Shown: positions 1-9,575 of the stretch, one piece after another
Layout: every line of letters starts with the position of its first letter
Position numbering within the stretch: position 1 is the stretch's first letter
From: Aquimarina sp.
Lineage (GTDB): Bacteria > Bacteroidota > Bacteroidia > Flavobacteriales > Flavobacteriaceae
Direction: 5' to 3'
Length of the DNA stretch: 64,000 bases
NCBI GenBank assembly: GCA_965230845.1
Contig: OZ246021.1
Coordinates: 57,184-121,183, forward strand
Made by a program: the position numbers and the translations under genes
The notes under the pieces: model-generated
Database searches by the model: none
Told to the model about the DNA's origin: nothing
The model's input: only the letters and a program-made list of their open reading frames with translations

Positions 1-1575
1 ACTATTCATACTCGGTACATTCATTGCAAACATAGAACCGATAATACGTTCTCCTTTCTTATCTTGTAATTTACCATATTCGATCCAGGCATCTTTCATT
101 TCAGATTCTGTAAACTCATCATGTGGTAAAGAGTTCGGATCTACAATACTGTCTACTTTCTTTTCCTGATGTTCTTTCTTTTTACGAATACTACTCAAGG
201 ATAATCCCGAAGTCTTTTTACGAGGAGAAGATATAGAAAGATTATTTTTAGTTTCAGTAGCTGGTGTTGGAGTAACCACGTCACTTTCTGTACTACTTAC
301 TTCTCGATCTATGGTTTGAACATTTTCTTTTTCCTGAATATTACTATCTGTTGTTTCTACTGAAACAGGAATGGGTTCAGGTACCGGGTCTGTATTAGGA
401 ACAGGCTTCGTTTCAACCTTCTCTTTAATCTCTTGATTAATTTTTATAGGTTGGATACCTTTTTCTTTGAAATAAGAAGGAGGAATTATGTAGGGTTTGT
501 CATTTTTTTTTTCTCCATCCGGAGTAAGGATAGAGGCAAGCTGCATCAAACATAGTTCAACCAGTAATCTTTGATTACGACTTGTTTTATATTTCAAATC
601 ACAATCATTGGCCAATTCAATTCCTTTTATAAGAAATGCGTGTGATGCTTTTTGCGATTGCTCTAGATATTTTGCTTTGGTTTGTTCTCCTACTTCAAGA
701 AGATTAATGGTAGCTTGATTTTTGCAGACCAAAAGATCTCTGAAATGAGATGCCAATCCTGCAATAAAATGGTGCCCATCAAATCCCTGAGCTAGAATAT
801 GATTAAACTCAATAAGTAATTGAGGAATATTATTTTGTAAAATCAAATCGGTAGCCTTAAAATAGGTCTCGTAATCGAGTACGTTCAAATTTTCGGTTAC
901 CGCTTGTCTAGTTAAGTTTTTACCACTGAAACTAACAACCCGATCAAAAATAGACAAGGCATCTCGCATTGCTCCATCTGCTTTTTGCGCAATAATTTGC
1001 AACGCATCTTCATCGGCATTAATTCCTTCTTGAGCTGCAACCTGCATCAGATGATTTTTGGCATCAGTTACCGTGATTCTTTTGAAATCAAAGATTTGAC
1101 ATCTGGATAAAATCGTTGGAATGATCTTATGCTTTTCTGTGGTAGCTAATATAAAAATAGCGTGCTTTGGAGGTTCTTCTAATGTTTTTAGGAACGCATT
1201 AAAAGCAGCTTGGGATAACATATGAACCTCATCGATGATATAGACTTTGTATTTTCCTACTTGTGGAGGAATACGTACCTGATCAATAAGATTCCGAATA
1301 TCGTCTACAGAGTTGTTGGAAGCGGCATCAAGCTCAAAAATATTGAATGCAAAATCTTCATCTGGATGTTCGTTTCCATCTTGATTGATTGTTTTTGCCA
1401 ATATTCTTGCACAAGAGGTTTTACCAACTCCTCTCGGGCCAGTAAATAGCAAAGCCTGCGCCAAATGGTTGTTTTCTATAGCATTCAGCAAAGTATTGGT
1501 AATAGCCTGTTGCCCTACAACATCCTTGAAGGTTTGAGGTCTATATTTCCGCGCAGATACTATAAAGTGTTCCAT
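1..1575 (-). CDS. dnaX: DNA polymerase III subunit gamma/tau (C-terminus runs off the window edge; absent from ORF track)
   Basis: Manual translation from ATG at 1575: MEHFIVSARKYRPQTFKDVVGQ...LLFTGPRGVGKTSCARILAK (Walker A). The frame reads as continuous dnaX in the stretches translated and is open from 600 to position 1. Confidence 0.96.
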   Translation of the reverse strand, partial: MEHFIVSARKYRPQTFKDVVGQQAITNTLLNAIENNHLAQALLFTGPRGVGKTSCARILAKTINQDGNEHPDEDFAFNIFELDAASNNSVDDIRNLIDQVRIPPQVGKYKVYIIDEVHMLSQAAFNAFLKTLEEPPKHAIFILATTEKHKIIPTILSRCQIFDFKRITVTDAKNHLMQVAAQEGINADEDALQIIAQKADGAMRDALSIFDRVVSFSGKNLTRQAVTENLNVLDYETYFKATDLILQNNIPQLLIEFNHILAQGFDGHHFIAGLASHFRDLLVCKNQATINLLEVGEQTKAKYLEQSQKASHAFLIKGIELANDCDLKYKTSRNQRLLVELCLMQLASILTPDGEKKNDKPYIIPPSYFKEKGIQPIKINQEIKEKVETKPVPNTDPVPEPIPVSVETTDSNIQEKENVQTIDREVSSTESDVVTPTPATETKNNLSISSPRKKTSGLSLSSIRKKKEHQEKKVDSIVDPNSLPHDEFTESEMKDAWIEYGKLQDKKGERIIGSMFAMNVPSMNS

Positions 1576-1580
1576 CGCTA

Positions 1581-1588
1581 CAAAGTTA
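1581..1588 (-). promoter_or_regulatory. Bacteroidota -7 promoter box (TAACTTTG) for dnaX
   Basis: Exact TAnnTTTG match, 6 nt from the ATG. Confidence 0.6.
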
Positions 1589-1670
1589 AAAATTGCAGCC
1601 ATAAATTACATTTCAGGATTTGGTTTTTATATTTAGTTATTAACAGCTGTTGTACTTATTGAATTTATAA

Positions 1671-1678
1671 TATTTTTG
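1671..1678 (+). promoter_or_regulatory. -7 promoter box (TATTTTTG) for rnpB
   Basis: TAnnTTTG match 5 nt before the P1 helix of RNase P RNA. Confidence 0.65.
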
Positions 1679-1682
1679 CAGC

Positions 1683-1978
1683 AAGCAGATCACCTTATCG
1701 CGGCGCTGTCGAGGAAAGTCCGGACACCATAGCGCAGCATAGCGGGTAACGCCCGTCCGTTGTAAGACGAGGACAAGTGCAACAGAAAGAATGTACAGGT
1801 AATGCTGTAGTGAAATCAGGTAAACTCTATGCGGTGCAACGCCATGTAAACCAACTTTTGAGGGTTGCGCGCCCAATGTTGGAGGGTAGGCGGTTGGAGC
1901 TGGTAAGTAATTACTGGCCTAGATAAATGATAAGGCCCGTCTTTTTGACGGTGACAGAATCCGGCTTATGATCTGCTT
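1683..1978 (+). ncRNA. rnpB: RNase P RNA (bacterial type A)
   Basis: GAGGAAAGTCCGG at 1711-1723 and ACAGAATCCGGCTTAT near 1954-1969. Terminal P1 pairing AAGCAGATC (1683-1691) with GATCTGCTT (1970-1978). Confidence 0.97.
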
Positions 1979-2132
1979 TTTTATTTTAGTTTTTGTAAGT
2001 AATGTTTCTCACACAAAAGCTTAGTTTCATTCGTACAAATGCTCCGCGTCAAGGTCAAATAAGTTTTACAACTACTTTAACAATGGGCTATACTAAATTT
2101 CTTGTACCTTGTGCGGCAAAGAAATTGACCCT

Positions 2133-3260
2133 ATGAAAATTGCGATTGTTTGTTACCCTACTTTTGGAGGTAGTGGAGTAGTGGCTACCGAGTTAGGTAT
2201 TGCCTTGGCAAAATTGAACCATGAAGTTCATTTTATTACCTATAAACAGCCTGTACGCTTGGATTTGTTAAATCCTAACATTCATTTTCATGAGGTTCAT
2301 GTTCCAACCTATCCGCTATTTTTATATCAACCCTATGAGTTGGCTTTATCTAGTAAGCTTGTGGGTATCATTAAGAAACATAATATAGATGTTCTACATG
2401 TACATTACGCAATACCACATGCGTATGCAGGATACATGGCCAAAAAGATGCTAGAAGAAGAGGGAATTTACATCCCGATGCTAACCACGCTTCATGGTAC
2501 CGATATAACATTAGTTGGTAATCATCCAAATTATAAACCAGCGGTTACTTTCAGTATTAACAATAGCGATATTGTTACTTCGGTTTCGCAAAGTTTAAAA
2601 GACGATACTTTACGTTTGTTCAATATCAAACAGGATATTAAGGTAGTTCCAAACTTTATTGATGTAAGCCAACAGAAAACAAGCTTTACCGATTGCCAAA
2701 GAGAGGTTATGGCAGCACCAGAAGAACGTATTGTGACCCATATTAGTAATTTTAGACCAGTAAAAAGAATTACAGATATCATAGATATCTTTAATAATAT
2801 TCAAAAAGAAATGCCAGCCAAATTGTTGATGGTTGGAGAAGGACCAGAGCGCAAACCGGCAGAACAGAAGTGTAAAGAGCTGGGGATTAAGGATAAGGTG
2901 ATCTTTCTCGGTAATAGCAATGAGATTGATAAGATTTTGTGTTTTTCAGACCTATTCTTGCTACCTTCAGAACGAGAGAGCTTTGGTTTAGCGGCCTTAG
3001 AAGCTATGGTGAATAAAGTGCCTGTTATATCAAGTAATGCCGGAGGAATTCCAGAAGTAAATCGTCATGGGGTGTCAGGGTACCTAAGTAATGTTGGCGA
3101 TGTTGAAGAAATGTCAGCAAACGCGATTAAAATTCTTAAAGATGACGATGTATTAGAACAGTTTAAGGAGAATGCATACAAAGAAGCAAAAACATTTGAT
3201 GTAAACGAAATCGTTCCTAAATACATTGCTTTATACGAAGGTGCATTAGCAATGACTTAG
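2133..3260 (+). CDS. bshA: N-acetyl-alpha-D-glucosaminyl L-malate synthase (bacillithiol pathway, GT4)
   Basis: MKIAIVCYPTFGGSGVVATELG, HVHYAIPHA, TTLHGTDIT and ESFGLAALEAM motifs. The ATG at 2133 is preferred over the GTG at 2109. Confidence 0.93.
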   Translation: MKIAIVCYPTFGGSGVVATELGIALAKLNHEVHFITYKQPVRLDLLNPNIHFHEVHVPTYPLFLYQPYELALSSKLVGIIKKHNIDVLHVHYAIPHAYAGYMAKKMLEEEGIYIPMLTTLHGTDITLVGNHPNYKPAVTFSINNSDIVTSVSQSLKDDTLRLFNIKQDIKVVPNFIDVSQQKTSFTDCQREVMAAPEERIVTHISNFRPVKRITDIIDIFNNIQKEMPAKLLMVGEGPERKPAEQKCKELGIKDKVIFLGNSNEIDKILCFSDLFLLPSERESFGLAALEAMVNKVPVISSNAGGIPEVNRHGVSGYLSNVGDVEEMSANAIKILKDDDVLEQFKENAYKEAKTFDVNEIVPKYIALYEGALAMT

Positions 3261-3295
3261 GAACGATTTATATTGTTTCGTTATATTCTTTTCTA

Positions 3296-3784
3296 TTAGA
3301 ACTGATAACGGATTCCTAACCCTAGGTCAAAATCTAGATCATCATCATTGTCTCCAAAACCTATTTCTGGTCTAAAATCAAGAGATATGAGTATAGGAAT
3401 ATTAAAGTTGTATTCTATACCGATGTCACCAGCGATAAATAGATAGGTATCACTATCATCTCCACCAGGGAAATTATCATCCAGATCTACATATACAAAT
3501 CCTCCACCAGGACCTACATACCAATTAAATCCTTTGTCCAGATTAAATACCCATTGGTATAGCCCTGTAAATTTGATAGCATCTCCAAAATCGAAATCTC
3601 TCCATCCCAAATCAAACTCAAGTCGATTGTTTCCGCTTAAGCCTAATTGATAAGATATTTCTGCACCAAAACCATCATCATCTCCCAACCTCAAACCTAA
3701 TGCGTGCTTAGAAATTTCTTGTGATTGAACTGTACTTATCGACGCTACAATAAAAGCTACAATAAATAAAATACGTTTTGTCAT
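3296..3784 (-). CDS. Small outer-membrane beta-barrel protein
   Basis: Signal peptide, alternating amphipathic strands and C-terminal GIRYQF. Confidence 0.75.
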   Translation of the reverse strand: MTKRILFIVAFIVASISTVQSQEISKHALGLRLGDDDGFGAEISYQLGLSGNNRLEFDLGWRDFDFGDAIKFTGLYQWVFNLDKGFNWYVGPGGGFVYVDLDDNFPGGDDSDTYLFIAGDIGIEYNFNIPILISLDFRPEIGFGDNDDDLDFDLGLGIRYQF

Positions 3785-3862
3785 AGTTAAATAGGTTTTT
3801 TAGATTTATGATATCAAATATAACGTTCCATATCTACTTTTAATGTATTTAGTCGATATTTA

Positions 3863-4675
3863 TTACGATTTTTGTAGCAGCATGTCAGTGCTTTCAAAGA
3901 TTTTGTCGGCGGAGTTTGCTATAAATCCGGTAAATAGCGTTCCGTCTTGTTTTGGGTAGCGATAAGCGAATTCATAATAACATGAAGTGATGTTTTGCTT
4001 TCCTTCTTCAAATTCGAATTCAATTTTATCTGCCAGTATGCTGGATTGTTCCAAAAGTTGATCTGCAGAGCCTTTGATTTCTCCACCCGAGGTATTCATC
4101 TGGAAACCATTGTTTTTCAAGAAACGATTTACCTGCTCTAGCATATCAAAAGAACTCAATTTGTTTACATCTACGGTGAAGTGATTTGAGCAAAAACCAT
4201 TAACATACATCCATGCGGCATATTCAGATTCCTCAAGCAATGAAGTATAGGTAGCATGCGAAGGAGTTTTCCAAACTCTACCCTTCAGAATCAGATCATC
4301 CTGCAAGAATACTTCTTGATCCACTTCATCTAGTAGTAATTTAACAGTGTTTTGTAATTGTACAGAACATTCTTCCAACAACAATTGACTGATAAAAATT
4401 TTTGGAGCATCTGGATCCTCTTGATGTTCAAAATGTTTTGCATATAACTTTTTAGCTTCAAAACGATATTCTCCTTTTGAGATATATCCCATTTGTATAA
4501 AAACACGGGAAAGTACATCGATGTTTACTCTGGGATCGTTGAAAGTTCGTATTGCAATATGATCGTTGAAAACAGTATTTCCTTCCTCCTCAAATAGTGA
4601 TTTTACCTTTTGCGCAGAGGGAGTCTTGGTAGTATATTGTTTCCATAATTCATTAAAAAAATCAGTAGTATTCAT
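3863..4675 (-). CDS. DUF1338 family protein (2-oxoadipate dioxygenase/decarboxylase, HglS-like)
   Basis: NDHIAIRTF, NHFTV and YYEFAYR supply the His/His/Glu metal triad typical of DUF1338. Confidence 0.8.
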   Translation of the reverse strand: MNTTDFFNELWKQYTTKTPSAQKVKSLFEEEGNTVFNDHIAIRTFNDPRVNIDVLSRVFIQMGYISKGEYRFEAKKLYAKHFEHQEDPDAPKIFISQLLLEECSVQLQNTVKLLLDEVDQEVFLQDDLILKGRVWKTPSHATYTSLLEESEYAAWMYVNGFCSNHFTVDVNKLSSFDMLEQVNRFLKNNGFQMNTSGGEIKGSADQLLEQSSILADKIEFEFEEGKQNITSCYYEFAYRYPKQDGTLFTGFIANSADKIFESTDMLLQKS

Positions 4676-4834
4676 AACGTCTTGTTTTTTAATGTAAAAT
4701 TATTAGTTTTGACTTTAATAAGGGTTATATGTAGTCTATTTAATCTTGTTAGGTTTGTTTTTGTGTTAAACTAACAGCAAAGTGTTTGAAAATAGCTCTG
4801 TTTTGAATAATTTCATCTATAAAACAATACTGTC

Positions 4835-5320
4835 ATGCATCATTTTGATTATATCGATCAGCAAATTTTGTTACAGATCAGGGAGGATGCAAGAAAACCT
4901 TTCTCTCAGATAGCAGAAGACTTGAAGATTTCTAATTCACTGGTACATCAACGTATACGAAAACTAAAGGAACAAGGAGTTATTGCCAAGGCAGAATTTG
5001 TCGTGGACGAGAAAAAGATTGGTTTCAGAACAAAATCATATGTGGGCATCCGTCTTAGAGAAGCGCGTTATGCCGAGCAGGTAGTTGCTGGATTAAAAAA
5101 AATACCAGAAATTTTAGAATGTAATTTTGTATCTGGTAATTATGCTATTTTCATTCTTATTTTTGCATATGATAACCACCACCTAAGAAAAATTCTATAT
5201 GAGCAAGTTCATCATATTGATGGAGTAGCAGGAACTGATAGTTTTATTTGTTTTGATACCAATTTCAAAAGACCCGTATCGTTAGAAGCTTTAACGAAGA
5301 AAGATGTTTATGATCAATAA
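4835..5320 (+). CDS. Lrp/AsnC family transcriptional regulator
   Basis: N-terminal DYIDQQILLQIREDARKPFSQIAEDL HTH plus C-terminal RAM-type domain. Confidence 0.92.
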   Translation: MHHFDYIDQQILLQIREDARKPFSQIAEDLKISNSLVHQRIRKLKEQGVIAKAEFVVDEKKIGFRTKSYVGIRLREARYAEQVVAGLKKIPEILECNFVSGNYAIFILIFAYDNHHLRKILYEQVHHIDGVAGTDSFICFDTNFKRPVSLEALTKKDVYDQ

Positions 5321-8237
5321 GGCATTACTTCACCAATTTCAGAATACGCTAGAGGGAGAGTTTAGATTTGATTCACTCTCCAAGCGGTTATATGCTACAG
5401 ACGCCTCTGTGTATCGAAGAATACCCATAGCCGTGGCATTTCCAAAGACGATATCAGACATTAAAAAGATAATCACTTTTGCTGAAAAACATAAAATAGG
5501 CATTATTCCCAGAACAGCAGGAACTTCTCTTGCCGGTCAAAGTGTTGGAGAAGGAATAGTGGTAGATGTATCTAAGCATTTTACCAAAATAGTTACGGTA
5601 GACGAAGCGAACAAAACAGTTACCGTTCAGCCAGGTGTAGTTCGAGATGATTTAAATAGATATCTAAAACCGTACGGACTTTTCTTTGGTCCCAATACAT
5701 CAACCTCTAATAGATGTATGATTGGAGGAATGGTAGGTAACAACAGTAGTGGTACCACCTCCATACAATATGGTGTTACTCGTGATAAAGTGCTGAGCAT
5801 GCAAACAATTTTATCTGATGGTAGCGAAGCTTCTTTCTCTAATGTATCTCCAGAAGAGTTTCATGCAAAACGGCAATTGTCTTCATTAGAAGGTTCTATT
5901 TATCAGACTATTTATGATGCACTTTCTTCAAAAGCAGTACAAGAGCAAATCAAAACCAATTTTCCAAAGGCCGAGATTCACCGTCGTAATACAGGATATG
6001 CGATCGATGAATTGATTGAATCTGAAGTTTTCTCTGATAATAGTCAACCTTTTAATATGTGTAAGCTGTTATCGGGTAGTGAGGGAACACTGGCTTTTAC
6101 TACAGAAATTACACTACAGTTGGATGAGCTCCCGCCAGAAGAATCCTCTATGATTGCTGCACACTTTAATAGTATCGAGGATTGTATGAACGCGGTTAGC
6201 CCTGTTATGCAACACAAGTTATTCACTTGTGAGATGATGGATAAAACGATCCTTGATTGTACACTGAATAACATCGAACAATTAAAAAACCGATTTTTTA
6301 TCAATGGTGATCCGCAAGCGATATTGATGTTAGAGTTGAGGAGCAATAGCAAAGATGATCTGGAAATCCAGGAAAAACAACTGCTTGCTGAAATTCAAGA
6401 TTCTGGGCTTAGCTATGCAAACCCTATATTGAGAGGTAAAGAAATTGACCAGGCCTTAGAACTTCGAAAAGCAGGTCTGGGGTTGTTGGGTAATATTGTT
6501 GGTGATAAAAAAGCCGTAGCCTGCATAGAGGATACTGCAGTAGCCATTCCTGATTTGGCTTCATATATTTCTGAGTTTACCGAAGTGATGAAATCTTATG
6601 ATCAGCAGGCGGTTTATTATGCCCATGCTGGAGCAGGAGAATTGCATTTACGCCCCATATTGGATTTGAAGAAAAGCGAAGATGTAACGCTTTTCAAGAA
6701 AATTACAGATGATGTCGCTACTTTGGTGAAAAAATACCAGGGATCCATGAGCGGAGAACATGGGGATGGTATCGTAAGAGCCAGTTATATTCCTTATATG
6801 ATTGGTAGTGATAATTTTGAAATCGTAAAGCGAATCAAAAAACTATTTGATCCTAACGCTATTTTTAATCCTGGAAAGATTGTTGATGCATATGCAATGG
6901 ATGAAAAGTTGCGTTACGAAGTGGATCGAAAGGAACCGGATATAGATACATTACTTAACTTTTCAGATTCCTTAGGAATTCTAAGAGCCACAGAAAAGTG
7001 TAATGGGAGTGGAGATTGTAGGAAATCGGTAGAAGCTGGAGGGACGATGTGCCCAAGTTATCGTGCTACAAAAAATGAAAAAGATACAACCAGAGGAAGA
7101 GCTAATGCATTAAGAGAGTTTCTTACTACTGGAGGGAAAGAAAACAACTTTGATCATAAGGAATTAAAGGAAGTATTTGATCTTTGTTTGAGTTGTAAAG
7201 GATGTGCAAGTGAATGTCCTTCTAATGTAGATGTAGCTGCGCTAAAGGCAGAGTTCGAATATCAATACCAAAAAGAAAACGGAACATCCCTAAGAACAAA
7301 GCTATTTGCGCACAATAATCGTTTGAATGGGTTAGGGCGAATAAGTACAGGTATTACCAATTTCTTTTTCACTAATAGTTTCACTTCGGGAATTTTGAAA
7401 TCTGCATTAGGAATTGCTAAAGAACGAGAACTCCCAACACTGAGCAAGTTTTCTTTACGGAAATGGTGTGATCAAAACCTTAAAAGTTTACAACCTGAAA
7501 GTCCAATCAAATCTATATATCTTTTTGTAGATGAGTTTACGAATCATTTAGATACGGAAATAGGAATTGATGCAATAAAATTACTGACAAAGCTGAATTA
7601 TGAAGTCAAAATAGCAGATCATAAGGAGAGTGGCCGATCATATATTTCAAAAGGGTTATTACAGCATGCCAAGAAGTTTGCAAATCAAAATGTAGAACTT
7701 TTTGCTCCTTTTGTATCCCAAGATGTTCCATTGATTGGGATAGAGCCTTCTGCTATTCTTACGTTCAGAGATGAATATCCCAGATTAGCGAAGGATAAGA
7801 ACAAGGCAAAACAGCTAGCTTCAAATACGTATTTGATCGATGAGTTTTTAGCTTCGGAAATTGAACTAGGAAATATAAAACAAAATCAATTTTCTACTGA
7901 AAACAAAGTGATTAAGTTACATGGACACTGTCATCAAAAGGCCTTGTCTGGAGTACATCATACGTTCACTACTTTGAATTTACCAGAAAACTTTAAGGTA
8001 ACCATCATCCCTTCGGGATGTTGTGGTATGGCAGGATCATTTGGTTATGAAAAGGAGCACTATGAAATCAGCATGAAAGTAGGGGAACAAACCTTACTCC
8101 CGGCAGTAAGAAAGGCTCCAAAAGATACACTTATTGCTGCTGTAGGTACAAGTTGTAGACATCAAATAAAAGACGGAACACAGCGCGAAGCACTGCATCC
8201 CGTCTCTATATTGTATGATGCTCTGATTAAAAATTAA
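5304..8237 (+). CDS. FAD-binding and Fe-S-binding oxidoreductase (YdiJ/D-2-hydroxyacid dehydrogenase-like)
   Basis: YATDAS...GTSLAGQ FAD domain, SGEHGDG, CNGSGDC and CLSCKGCASECP ferredoxin motifs, HGHCHQK and GCCGMAG CCG domains. Confidence 0.88.
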   Translation: MFMINKALLHQFQNTLEGEFRFDSLSKRLYATDASVYRRIPIAVAFPKTISDIKKIITFAEKHKIGIIPRTAGTSLAGQSVGEGIVVDVSKHFTKIVTVDEANKTVTVQPGVVRDDLNRYLKPYGLFFGPNTSTSNRCMIGGMVGNNSSGTTSIQYGVTRDKVLSMQTILSDGSEASFSNVSPEEFHAKRQLSSLEGSIYQTIYDALSSKAVQEQIKTNFPKAEIHRRNTGYAIDELIESEVFSDNSQPFNMCKLLSGSEGTLAFTTEITLQLDELPPEESSMIAAHFNSIEDCMNAVSPVMQHKLFTCEMMDKTILDCTLNNIEQLKNRFFINGDPQAILMLELRSNSKDDLEIQEKQLLAEIQDSGLSYANPILRGKEIDQALELRKAGLGLLGNIVGDKKAVACIEDTAVAIPDLASYISEFTEVMKSYDQQAVYYAHAGAGELHLRPILDLKKSEDVTLFKKITDDVATLVKKYQGSMSGEHGDGIVRASYIPYMIGSDNFEIVKRIKKLFDPNAIFNPGKIVDAYAMDEKLRYEVDRKEPDIDTLLNFSDSLGILRATEKCNGSGDCRKSVEAGGTMCPSYRATKNEKDTTRGRANALREFLTTGGKENNFDHKELKEVFDLCLSCKGCASECPSNVDVAALKAEFEYQYQKENGTSLRTKLFAHNNRLNGLGRISTGITNFFFTNSFTSGILKSALGIAKERELPTLSKFSLRKWCDQNLKSLQPESPIKSIYLFVDEFTNHLDTEIGIDAIKLLTKLNYEVKIADHKESGRSYISKGLLQHAKKFANQNVELFAPFVSQDVPLIGIEPSAILTFRDEYPRLAKDKNKAKQLASNTYLIDEFLASEIELGNIKQNQFSTENKVIKLHGHCHQKALSGVHHTFTTLNLPENFKVTIIPSGCCGMAGSFGYEKEHYEISMKVGEQTLLPAVRKAPKDTLIAAVGTSCRHQIKDGTQREALHPVSILYDALIKN

Positions 8238-9525
8238 CTTTAATCATATAGAGCGAACTGGCATCTATGGTAGGTTTAGTTCCTGGTAGTACTTTTTGTT
8301 CGATAACGCCATTATCGTCTTCATCGGTAACGGCAAAATCATCATCATTAATGCACCCTAATGTATGATTATCGATAAGCCAAATACCCTCAAGTTTATC
8401 ATGAGGATATCCAGTTTTATTCACCAAATCCGCAACTAGAACTTTAGAAACTGGTTGAATTCCTGCGGCTTCCAGTTCTTCCCAGCTTGATTCTTCCAGA
8501 GTTTTCTCGTTAATCAAGAGCCCAAACTCGTCATTGTCATTTGCTGCGCTAACATCTGTGGCATTAGAAACATCAATCTTGTAGATATGCTTTTGTGCTG
8601 GTCCACTTCCGGAAAACTTTCCATCTCTTTCTATGACCAAGAATTCGGTATTGGATAGGCCAACAATTTCAGAATTGGACAAATTAGCATCTTCTTGTCT
8701 GTACAGAAACTGTTTGGTTGTACCTGTTTGTAAGTCAAAAAACAAAATACGAGTAAGGTCAGTTCTGATTCGTATAGGATTGTACATAGTAGATTGCATG
8801 ATACCCACTAATGTAGATTCATCAGGAGTAATTCCTAAACCTTCCATTCCTCGATTTGGTCTTCGTTTACCAAATACTGCAGGTATTTTCCGTCCTCCAT
8901 TCCCTTCATTAATACCGATAGGGGATATACGTTCCAGTTCAACACCATCCTGAGAATAATGTACTATATGCGGGCCGTATTCATCAGAAATCCAAAAAGT
9001 ACCGTCGTGTAGGGCTACAATACCCTCGGCATCCAACCCAAAATCATCAAATGGCAATTGATTTCCATCAATATCGTAAGGGATTTCTCCGGTTGCACCT
9101 TTCCCTTCGGGATTAGGGATTCCTGAAATTGGGTTTCCGTTGGGGTCTTTCAATAAGATTTCTTTTTTGAGGATGATATTGCCTTCAGCTGTAACAGCAA
9201 ATAACCCAATTCTTGGAGTGTAACTGGCAACAGGGAATTTTTTACCATCCAGAAAATCTGTATTGGGACCACGATCGGTAATGGCATAAAATTCTCCCTT
9301 CTTTGTTGGGTGGGCGGTAGCACCAGATCCATATCCTCCATTTCTTATCTCGACACCTTCGGTAGTTGTGGTTAGCACCTCAAAAGGTAATTCGTATTGC
9401 GTATTTTCTTCTAAGACTAATTGGGGTGGAACAGATATTGGACCTCCGGTATAATCATCGAGGTAATGGCAAGAATACAAAAGTAGTATTGCTACAAAAG
9501 GTAGCAAGGTTTTTACAGTTTTCAT
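8227..9525 (-). CDS. Esterase-like activity of phytase family lipoprotein
   Basis: Lipobox LYSC; TDRGPN, DAEG, WISDEYGP, NRGMEGL, KLEG and NDDDF motifs. Confidence 0.8.
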   Translation of the reverse strand: MKTVKTLLPFVAILLLYSCHYLDDYTGGPISVPPQLVLEENTQYELPFEVLTTTTEGVEIRNGGYGSGATAHPTKKGEFYAITDRGPNTDFLDGKKFPVASYTPRIGLFAVTAEGNIILKKEILLKDPNGNPISGIPNPEGKGATGEIPYDIDGNQLPFDDFGLDAEGIVALHDGTFWISDEYGPHIVHYSQDGVELERISPIGINEGNGGRKIPAVFGKRRPNRGMEGLGITPDESTLVGIMQSTMYNPIRIRTDLTRILFFDLQTGTTKQFLYRQEDANLSNSEIVGLSNTEFLVIERDGKFSGSGPAQKHIYKIDVSNATDVSAANDNDEFGLLINEKTLEESSWEELEAAGIQPVSKVLVADLVNKTGYPHDKLEGIWLIDNHTLGCINDDDFAVTDEDDNGVIEQKVLPGTKPTIDASSLYMIKVNF

Positions 9526-9575
9526 AAGATTTAGATGTATTAGTAAGACGTTGTGTGATTAAAAATCTGTAAAGC

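Noticed and set aside
1222-1662. Plus-strand ORFs 1222-1449 and 1465-1662
   Set aside because: Antisense shadows of dnaX with no protein-like features.
1640-1876. 78-aa minus-strand ORF
   Set aside because: Lies antisense to the RNase P RNA; explained by the GC-richer structured RNA.
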